Shown here in pieces: positions 38,101-50,100 of a stretch of 64,000 bases of DNA (the stretch's first letter is position 1; every line of letters starts with the position of its first letter). The stretch is from Oopsacas minuta (Eukaryota > Animalia > Porifera), in contig JAKMXF010000357.1 in assembly GCA_024704765.1 (NCBI GenBank), positions 1 through 64,000 of the forward strand, written 5' to 3'. The notes under the pieces were generated by a model that saw only the letters and a program-made list of their open reading frames with translations, had not been told where the DNA came from and made no database searches. Both the position numbers and the translations under genes were made by a program.

Positions 38101-41100
38101 AGTTAAGCACTAAGTTCGAACATAAAACGCAATTAGTCTTTATGTATACAGTGGAGTCTCCCCAAACGGACACTCCAAGAAGCGGACAACCCGCTACAAC
38201 GAACAAACATCGTGGCACGAATTGAATTCGCCAAGCATGTAATCACTACTAAGCCGTCTCTGAGGAGCGGACAATTTTCCACAACGGACAGATACCATGA
38301 CCCAACGTCTCCGTTATTCGGAGACCCCTCTCTATGTGAATATATATGTTTGTATATTCAGAATTGATTGAAGAAACTGGAGGACCTCCAGGGCTGATTA
38401 TTGGCATACAGGGGTATTATGGGCCTAGCTCGGACAAGTTTGAGTGTTGGACGAAAATTCAAACATATGACGACATTATGCGATCATTGTGATAATTTGG
38501 ATTTTCGAATAATCACATTATTAACAACTGCTCAGCCAATATAAAATTATAGAAGTTTGAAATTTGAATCACAAGTACCCCTCAATGTGACAAATGTCCT
38601 GACGTTATGATTCTTACTAAAAGCTAACGCCTTATTGGATCATTACGTATCATGACTGTACAAAAATTTTCCAAAGTTCGAAAAATTAAAAATTTCGTAA
38701 TACCCGTAGCAAGAGTGCCGAGATTACTAACCAAAAGCCACGTAGTAGCTCCGGTATTACCATTGAAGGCCATTAAATGGAATTTGAATGGACCGTAGAT
38801 AATAAATTTTCCGCAAAATATATTATCCTCGAGGCACATAGTGCCGAGTATAATACTTGGTTCATCAAGAAATTTAGCTATTTAATACTTAAGCTAACCA
38901 GAGGCACCAAGCTGTCGCGCAGCGACCTATCAAGCGAAGCCCGCTAGTTATTAATTAATTGGTCAACGAGTTTCATATTTGAATACTAAAAGAAGCAGAA
39001 TTGGTAGATAATGGCATTTTACACATATTGGTCCTTTGCTTCTAACGGAATTGTCCAGTTTGGCTTAGTCTATGCTTTCTACCGTCCACATACCCAGAGC
39101 TGGGAGTTGTGCCCCCTCAGTCAAAAGTTCCTGGTTAATCTATTGCTGTGACGAAAATAGTGAAATTAAGTACATGAAGGAACAAAGTAAATTTCATGTG
39201 AACATTAAAGTGCCTTTGTGTGAATATTTATCGAAGTTTGTTTCATAGAAAATCATTGAAAGGGGCTGAGAAAGAGCACTTGGTATAAGGAGTTCATACT
39301 ATGTTGGTGTTAACGAGAGTATGCTCTACACTGCATGTCTTCCTCAAGTCAATAAACATACCAGACATTTCTTCTTTATCCAAATGTGTAGTTACTTTAT
39401 CCAGCTTATGTATTTGTGAAATTGGAGCGGAAAGCTTACTGGGATTATCATACCCTGAACTTCTCTTGCGCATGACATGAGGAAGACTACCGTATTTATT
39501 TTCCGTTCCGTAAAAGTTTTCAGTTCCTATATCACTGGTTGTGTGCATGTGAATATTTTTACGTCCAATCTTGTCGCTCTTCGGAGGGTTAGGAGTTTTT
39601 CTCTTTTTTATACGGGCGTCAAGAGAAAGGCTCGATAACTAAAAACAAAACAAACAGGATGCAAATTAATCTAATGTTGCCAATAAGTAAATACAGTAGA
39701 ACTCAGTTAGCACGTACCTATCTCCAAAAACGGAATATATAAATTCTTGTACTAATTTCTTAGGAAGAATATTAAGATACGACGTACTTCGGTAGCACGT
39801 ACTAATTTTACTTCCCCAAGTGTTACGTCATATCCGAGTTCTACTGTAATTAATACAAAATTGAGCATGAAATAAAACTAAAACGAATATTGTCGAACCT
39901 CTGAGATCCGAACCTTCAAGATGTGGGCGGCATTTCGCCAAAAGGATTGAAATTCAATTAACCATTTCCTGTTAATAGAGTTTTTGTTATACTTAGTGTC
40001 ACACAATCCTTAGTAATCACAAACCGTTAAAACGTCAGGATGTGCTAATTCAAATGAATCTCGATTTGTATCTATACTATTAAAACTCAATTAATCTGTA
40101 TGATAACTTATCATGGGATAATTACATCATCATGAATGTACAAAAATCAATTTCCAGAGTTTTGGGTTCTTTCCCTAGACCTGAGAGAAAATCCAAAAAT
40201 ATACTTCATAATACGTTATTATACTTAGGGGCGCAGCCAGCCTCTTTACGAGGGGGCACGAGGTGACGCGGAAGACTTGTAAGGGGCGCAACATGGCTTC
40301 TATAATACTACATACTATGGCTTGCAAAGCAAAGAATTACCCAAATAATTGCCAGTGCATTGAAAATATTTGATTTGAACATAAAGAATTCACAAATTGT
40401 CATGAATCATAGCCTACTAAAGATATGATTTGATCACTAATTTGGGCAAAGGATAAGAAGTGGATATATTTTGATGGGAAAATCTATCATTGCCGATAAC
40501 AAGAAACTTGTACATTTTCACTAGACTAAATGTATTATTCATATCTAAGAATTCACAAAAGCCACATTCGCGAAAATTTTCAGATCGAAGTGACGTCATT
40601 TATTAGCGTAATTGGCAAATTATGTTCAAAATGTTGAAATACCAAATTATCTAAAACCGTATCTGTACAATTTTAAGTACTTTTTCATGATAAAGATCGT
40701 ACGTTTGTGAGTTATCGCACAGACCATGGATGTCAGATGTTTTGCCAATATCCACTTATAACACGATAATCGTGGAAATAAAGTCAAATCAGGATAGCCA
40801 TTATATAGTATACATCCAACTTCACATACCCTTGTGATACATTTGATATGATATCTCGTACCAATATGACGTGATCATGAATATGTCCATTTTTGAGATT
40901 GTGCAATAATCTTGAGAGATATTATATCAAAATGTATCACAAGGGTATGGGAAGTTGGGTGTAAACTATAAAATGGAGCAGTTATTAATTATATTGCCAA
41001 TTACGTTAACAGATGACGTCACTTCGATCTGAAAATTTCACAAATGTGGCTTTTGTGAATGCTTAGATATGAATAATACATTTATTCTGATGACAATGTG

Positions 41101-44100
41101 CAAGTTTCTTATTATCTGCGATTATAGAATTTCCCATCAAAATATATCCACTTCCTTTTAACTATGGTCCAGTGAAATTTGACTCAGTAATCAGGACTTA
41201 TCTTTAGTAGGCAATGCATGAATTAAATTCAACTATTATTTGGGAATCACATACTGCGGAACATTCTCCATCAAACTGCTGATGTGACCCCGAATAGTAG
41301 AGGGAATATGTCGGAAAAAGGAACCAAGACTACGGGTGGCGCTTTGGGGGCTACAGCCCCCCCCGTCGGGGAATGAATTGGAAGAAATTTGACAAGAATA
41401 TGAATTCTGAAATTAATTATTTCTGTAAGGATATTCGCCAGTATTTCCACCTTTCAACTTTTTACTATTGACGTGTTTGATAATGTACTTTCACTCAATC
41501 GCCAATACTGTCAGAGAACCATTATGCTACTGCAATTGAATAGCAAAGTGACAAAGATTCACTGCTACTGCAATTGTAAAACAGTGTAGCATTCTAGGAT
41601 TTATTCACAAATTTAGACCCCCCATTGGGGACATCGTAGAATTAATTTACTATTCTTGCAAAGCATCTAATGATCCCTGAATTATCCAGGGAAAATATAG
41701 GATATATCTGGCTTAATTTCTCATTAAAGAGGGAAAATACGTTTCATTTGCATATTAAATTAGAAATCCAGGGTAAATTTTGAAAAGTCATGGAATTCGA
41801 AAAATATTTAGTGCAACAGTTACAAGGGGTTGGTAAGTATGATTACTTAAATATTGAGGTAGTTATGCACACTGATTGATTGGTTGTGGAACACTATTAC
41901 AAAGTAGTACTTGTGATTGCTATCTTGCACGAAGTGAGATGGCAAAATATTTGTAGCAATATATAAAAGCTTTCAGAAAAATGGAGAGAGAAGAATAAAC
42001 TCACACTCCTATCCTTCCTGAGAATAGCATCTAATTTAGTAGAATCTTTGTTAGAAACTAAACTAGATGCTGTACTAATGACACTAGTAGATCTGCTATA
42101 TTCAGAACACACGCTATTTAAGTCATCGTCCAAACTATCCTCTAATGACTCGCAGTAAATACTCCCATACTTCGTACAGAATAATACCTCTTGTTGAGAA
42201 TCTCTCCTATTATCTGGATTCATTCGGTGCCAGCTCAGAGAATGTGAAATATTAGGATGAGATCTACATTAAGAGAAAAGTACATCTATAAACAAACAAT
42301 TTGTAACTAAAGAAATCATATCAGACACATGTCATAAGATAAGAATATCGAAACCACTGTAGAAAAGACAGAGGGAAGGAATAGAGGGATATGTTCAACC
42401 CAATTAATCAAGTCAAGTTTTGACTCGTGGCCTCACGCTAATCTATTCGCTTTTTGTCTCAACTATATCTTATCAGACATAGCATTCTATCACAAGGCAA
42501 TGGTGCGCTTAATAATATTTGGACTTTATTAATTAATGCCAGGAGCAGGGAGGGAGATCGCCCTCCAAAAAATGAGGCACAGTGGGCATTTAGGTGGAAA
42601 TAGGCCTGATCTATATGATCTTAGATTTTGGTGCGAATATCTCTTCGAATTCAGCATATCTTCAAACGTAGAATTACGTAATTTCATTATGAATAAACAA
42701 GTGTGTTGGTTGTTATGGTAACGGATGTCATTCTTCTGTTGATCGAAATGTCTGTTTTGAAGTTTATCAAATTGATCAAGTTTTGTTGCGGTATTTTTAG
42801 CAATTGTAGCTGAAAAAGGAGAAATTTCTCTAAGCTTATGAAAGCTAGAGCCGAAACCGGTTTATTCTTACTTATCGGTTTTTACTGTTCCGACAATACT
42901 CTAGTATAGTGGGCCAGTAATGAAATCACTGCGTTTATAATTATATTTTCTATAACCACAAATGGTGCATAGCCAAAAATATTATCGAATAAGGGCTAAA
43001 CTTTTCAGAGAATTATAGATTTTTCTTATTATATTAGAGTGGAAATAATTAGTAAGAAAAATTATGTAGACTCAAACTTAACAAATTAATTTTAGTGGAT
43101 TATTGAAATTATGTTATTCTACTAAATATCCATTTTAGCAAAGAAAGATAAAATTGAATTTTAATAATCTTGTTAGACATTTAAAAATGTAAAATCGAGC
43201 CTACGTCCCTGTTTACCCTATTTAACAAGTGGAAGCTAATCTCTAGGATAATTTTGAAATATTCACCACAAGGTGTGAAGATATGATTAATCATATGATA
43301 AATCAGTGTATATATATTTAATAGAATCGCAGTCGACATCAATACATATACAATACAGTGCTAATTAAATTACAAACATTCCATCAGAACTAATTTTATG
43401 CATTCATGTCTAATTGTAAAACCTTACAATCTGATTGGGCTAAAATACAGAGGTGTCAAAAGGTGTGTAAATATGCACATTAGAAAATTTTCTAATGTCA
43501 GGTGCACAACTAGATGTACTACGAGTTCACATAGAGCCAAAACATCTATACTATTAAAAGTATTAAAAGAAAATTATTGGTATAAATTCAATTCAATGTG
43601 TACTCCGTCCAATTATACATGTATATATGAGGCTATTATTAGGGAATTAGGATCTTTCGAAGATCGTACGATCCAGATCTAGATCCTTCTTGAGGATCAG
43701 AAGAGAATGGTTGATCCATTTGTAATAGTAGGATTCATGATCGAAATTGGATCGATAATTTTCTGAAAGATCCTAATAATTCCAAATATTTACAAGTAAC
43801 AGTGCTGTTTATGTTCCTATCGTATTTTCTTACTACATTTTCCTGCAAAATATCCGTTAGAAAACACCAGTTTCGGCAGCATGTAGAATCAAAGCTGTTA
43901 CTATTACTGGCATATTCTGTCAGATCAAAAATCGTTTACCGAGGTGCAAATCTACAGGCCACAATGAACTCTTACAAATTTTCAAGCTCTTAATCATAAT
44001 CTGTGTGGACTGAATAGATTTTGACTAGTTGTAAATTTCTACTAGGCGCCTCATAATCTATATGCTGCTAGCTGATACGTCATGATTTTTGGTGTACCGT

Positions 44101-47100
44101 GTAGGTATTTCCTAAAAATCTATTGGCCTCGCAATTCAATTAGATATTGGACCATGTATTTAGAGTCAATTTAAATTATGTCGTCTCCTCATTACATTAA
44201 CCTTTAATTACTTGATTTTGAGAAGAGATAGAAATAAAAATACGACGTAGGGTTCAGGCAGTGAGAATAACCTGGCTTTACCGGTAAAATTGGTAATAAC
44301 AGATCCATTGCTAAGCAATAACCATGAATAATATGAAAAAGGAAAATTGTTGGGATATCTAATTTCACTTCCTAGCCAACATGATCAATCCACAGTTTAT
44401 GGGGCAGAGGCTTTCATGTGAATACAAGGAAGAAGCGAGGAGTTTACAAACTCTATTAAATGCTTCTCTTTGCCAAAACCTTATAAATTTCAGGGAAAGG
44501 CTGCACAATTCCCCGCATCTATATTGAATGTACAAATACATTGGATCAGGTACGTGATGGAAAATTCGTAAAACTTCGTAGAACATGCGTTGCGATATAG
44601 CTATCCATTAATGAATCTTTCCGTCAAGTTCAGCAATTATTGTAGTGATTTTCTTGAATTTTGGCTTCATTCAAACCCAACACGGAACAGATTGGCATTT
44701 GATAAAGCGGGCAGGTTAGTAGCTTGTTTCAGAGATTTGAGAGGATGTCAAGAATTTAAGTGGGAATGAATATTGGCAAATTATACATCAATTAATTATC
44801 TTACCTATCCTGCTATTATTAAACAAGGATGCTTTCGCCATATAATTATCATGCTAGTACTACAATTAGGTTTTGACCAGTTTTTACTGTTAAATCCAGT
44901 AAGAAGGTTTTGGAAAGGACGGTTTACCGGCTTATACCACATGGACAAAACCTAGCAACTCTGCACAGGTAGGGAAAGGGTTCAAAATTTATGGAATTTT
45001 GTGGGCTAAGTAACATGTATACGCCCCTCTACAAAGTATAAACAATTGAAATACCCAAAGTCATTAGTTTCATCACTTTGACGCATCAGCTGAGGTTTGC
45101 AAGTAGCATATTTGTCTCTTTCTAAAAGATCTGATAAAGATCCAGGTCTTTCCTCATAAAATTCCAGGTAAGAAGAATCTTCCTTATCTCGTATAGACTC
45201 ACAAACGGTATCACTTAGTTTTCGATTATTAGGTAGCGACACAGTAGGGATTTGTAAGAGAATACGTCTTTGAGAGAGTGGCAAATGCGCATGACTATTA
45301 GAGTAAACGATTAGAAATATAAAACCAATTATAAAGTAGAAAAGAAATGTACAGCCGACAGACTGGTTGTGCAACACGAGCCTCTGGTATATGTTTGTTA
45401 GCACAAAACGGATTATTTATATCACTGAGTAATATAAAATTGGGGAAAATTACAGTCGAAAAGTTAATTAGAAAATAGATTGTTTGATGCATTGGAAATC
45501 CGAGCAGAGCGAGGAAAACATCTAAAATTACAACCTGTGCAGACAACTTAGTCTATTAAATTCAATTGTTTAAAAAGTGGAACTAATAATTGGAGGCATC
45601 ATGAGAGGTTAGATTTAATCTCATTACACATAGTGGCTCCAATTAATAGTGCAACTTTGTAAACAAATTTATTTAATAGACTAAGCTGTCCGGACAGGTT
45701 GTTATTTTGTATTTTCCTCTTTCGAAAAGTGTGAAATTTTTGCCACTTTTCCTTTCATAATTTTTGCTAGAGGCAGACAAAAGTTTGGCCAGTGTGAAAT
45801 AGTGGAACTTTGTGTCCGATTGATAAGCTAAGGGGAGAAGCACACCCGACGAATATCTTCAATAGTTCTCACAACACATATCACCATAATTCAATTCAGT
45901 TTTTACTGCAGGGCTTTTACGGAGAAAAAATAATAATATAGAAAAAATATAGGCAACCATTTCAATACTGGGCCACTATACTAAAGTATAGTCGGCACAG
46001 TAAAATCGTATACCGAGGTGCACATCTCCACACATGCCTGCAACGTCTAGTAAAATTCCAAGACCCCAGTCCTAATGCCCTGGCCAGGATAGGTGACACG
46101 GCCGGACATCAGCACTCATTTTAGTAGTGCCACCTATACAGTTACTATTATAGCTTCGTTACAATACTAGTAGTAATAGGAACCATACAAAAACGATAGG
46201 AATATGTATATGCAAATCTCACAATATTTACAATCTAAGAAATACAAAAGTTAAACAACTGATAAGTACGAAAAACAGGTTTCGACTGACAGCTGCACTT
46301 TATTATTCTATTCGTCTATTTTGATTGTGGACCATTGAACTAATTGATTGAAATTGAAAGTTTCGAGTTAGTACAACTTGTGCTCATTAGTAATTCTAAA
46401 TTAAGTATATTGTATGAAACAGCACGATTACTTCCTACTTTCACAAATTGATCAACGAGCCTCTTGCGATCCTCAAAAAGGATCTAGATCCTAATTATCC
46501 GATCTTTGATCGAAAAATCCTAATGCCCTAGTTGTTGGCTTGTGATACTGGAAGAAATATCTCTTGATGAGTTGGGTATTTTTTGGATTACTTAATTATA
46601 TTGATTCCAATTGTTGGTTTTGGAATTTTTCTTATTTCGCAATGGAGCACGACTAGTTCCATAAGCACATGATTGTATTAACCGTAGGCGCATGCGTCTA
46701 TTACATTTTAATTACTCAGTTATACATTTTATCCTCATGTACAGTCCAAACTAGGGTGAGGGAATGGTGGGAAAATGATGAGGCAAGGCGCTGCCGGTCC
46801 TCAATGAATAGATGGGGTACGGCACCGCCGTACCACAAGAAATTAAGGAGGCACTGCCATGGGCGTAGAATTCTTTCAAAATCGCAAAAAATTGTGGGGC
46901 GAGATATATATTTATTATTCAACCATTTTCATTTCTATCACATTCTACGAGAATCTACTGCATATCTAGCATAAAATATGATATCAAATATTGGAGGAAA
47001 TAAGAGTATACTTCATTGTCATAACTAACAAAAATTTAATTTCATCAAATATCTGTTAAGGTTTTTACCTAAACAGCTTCGTTGAAAAGATTTCAGTCAA

Positions 47101-50100
47101 TTAGGATAATCATAAATGGGATTCGTCTCAATTAATGTTACAATTAATACAGTTTCCTTCATTACTGAAGTTTTACGTGAATATTTAACTACACATTGGG
47201 GAAAAACGATCCAAAAAGTGGGGAGAGCCCCCCTCGCCCAAATTTTACGCCACTGGGCACGGCGCCCCCGGACCTTAGCTAATCCATCAGTTAGTTGTTG
47301 GATTGTGCTACTAGTAAGTCACATTAAATATCCAGCCGTACCACTTTTCGAAAGGGTGAGCCGGAGTTGAGTTCCTTTACTACTTGAAGGGTTGTTAAGC
47401 TCATTTACAAGGTTGGCTACAGACCTTACCATAGATCGATATAATCTCATGCAGTAATTTGGTATAAAACTTGTTTGGTTTCAAGTTTTAGCACAGGGTG
47501 CAGATAAATATGTCCCCAGCCAAAGCCTAACTGTGAAGTAACACACAAAAAGCATATAGAGTAGAACCTCGTTAATACGTACACCAAGGGACCATCGAAA
47601 TTTGTACTCCTTATCTGGAGTATGTATTAACCGGAGTAAAACAATTGGATATCCATTGTACGGAAGAAAATTGTGTGGAATTTTGTTCTTTTTAACATAT
47701 GTCACTGTAATATACTGTATCCTTAGAAATTAATGATCATTGACCAGGGTGGCCGAGTGGTTAAGGCGTTGGACTTAAGTTCCAATGTGCGTATGCACAC
47801 ATGGGTTCGAACCCCATTCCTGGTATAACTTTTTGAACGAATTTATTAAGTAGAATAAATCTGATTTAACCTTATTAACATTTAGTTTAGCATAAATAAG
47901 TGACATACACGAGGTATAACCGTTCGGACCAAATAACAGTATTCATGTATAGTATCCAAACCGAAGATCGATATATTGTTTGCCCAACCAATTACTGATA
48001 ATATTCGATTAAATCAACCGAATACTGAACTAATTGCCAAATAATACTAGAATACAACCTTGAAATAAAGGTACAATTTCATGGTTAGTGGTTACTAAAC
48101 CCCTGGAAGGGACAGGGCCGGGACATCCTGTGAAATAACTAAAACACGGGCCAGGGCTAGAGTCCCTCAAAATTCGTAGGATGGTTCGTTCAAGCAGTTG
48201 AAATGTTATTCTACTTGCTGTATCATTATATTTATTCAGCAAGTAGAAATACGTCCACAAATTAAAAAGTTCTACCTAAGACAAATCCTATGGGGAGTAT
48301 TGTGATAATTGTATTATTATCATGTAGTGCTAGTGGTATTAGTGCAGCTCTAGCCCCATATTTCAGGGATATCCCTCTAGTTATCAAATGATATTCCAAT
48401 GCCTTCTCACAAGCTCATAATCACATCTAGTCAAGTATGTACAAGTACGTAACAATGTTAGTGTTGCAGCTAGTTCCCAAAATTCGGACCGGAACCGGAT
48501 CAATCTATTAAATTTCAGGACAAGACTGGACCGAACAGTCAACAAATTTCTTCCCCAGGAAAGGACTGAACCTAATACTGTTAATCTGTTATCAAAGTTG
48601 TGACGAAATAGAATTAGCAAATAATATATATTGAATACGAAATACGAATAATTCATTGAATATGACATGCAATTATGAATAGTATGAATGAAATGATATA
48701 AAATTATCAACTTTGTGCAGTCAGAACGGGCTTGGACCGGACACAACCGAGAATCAGATCGGATCAGACCAGAACGGACCGCTGCACACTAAACAATATG
48801 CATACAGCCATACAAATTCCTATAGGTATAATTAGAGAATGTTAGACCCCAACTTTTTCACGATGGTAACAATCGCTATATGCGCTTGATAAAACTCGTT
48901 GAGAGAAGATGATAAGCGAAAGATTTCGAAAATCAGTCGACGACTAAGCCAAATCCTATGGGGAATATCACATAAGTCACTGTAGTCAAATTGTATTGAT
49001 TTATGCATACAACTACTATAGTATCATCCTCATACTGTATATATTGAGCTACCGTTGTTCCCTGAATAAGAGCTGGGCAGATATTCATTTCGTGGCATTT
49101 TTTCGTCTAATTATTTTACAATTTTTGAAATTGATTATCTTAGTTTGTTGCATTAGTCAAATGAGGCGTCAATTTCATAATAAAAACTAGAGGTTACAAC
49201 GAATGAACTTACCATATTCGGTGTCTTAATCTCTAAAGGTGTGAACAGGAGAGTGAATACAGGCATACAGTAGACTCTCGTTAAGATAAGTTTCCACTAA
49301 CAAAAGATTCCACAAATTCAGATCATACGATGGTTATTCCATTGATATTACTCAGGTAAATGCAAACTCTGGATAAAGCGAATTAATTTTGACTGTCCGA
49401 GGGCGCGGTGTTCGTCTTAACGACGTTCCACTATATATGTGTATGTATATTTATATATACTTACTAAGAAAGTTAACCATTTTAGTACTGAGCCACTATA
49501 CCATTTAGTATAGTTGGAACAGTAATTTATCTATAGGGTGTTGATCAGATAATTATCAAGGAGTGCCTAACGCTCCTCTAGGCGTATGATTTTTGATGAA
49601 ATTATATTCAGGAGCGTGAAAATTGAATATCTCCCTACACAGTAATACTAATTTACTGATTTAGGCGTATAAAATTGTAGAAGAGGAACGCTAGGTGCGT
49701 GCTCCGAATAACGTGTAGAGCTCCCTGGTGGTGATAAATATGTATTCACAATTCTTGGAGCATTTTTCTGGCCTCAGGCGCTTATTCAGGGAAATAAAGT
49801 AATCAAAAATATCCGGATATTACTCATATTAGAGTAAATATAAAAGCACTGACCTTATAGTATGATAATTTTCGAAATTATTTTCAGAACCAGTAGACTC
49901 AGTGCAAGAATCTGTAGTTGTACCGTTAGTACTGTTAAGAGAAGGAGGAGGGCTGGGTTTTGGCAGGGTGCGAGGATGAAGAGCAGGGGGTAGAGGCTGT
50001 GAGGTGTAAGGATGAGAAACAGCGATTATTTCAGAGGCGGGATAGAGTTCACCGTCTTGAAAATAAATACTATTAGGTGATACATCACATTCTCCCTTTT

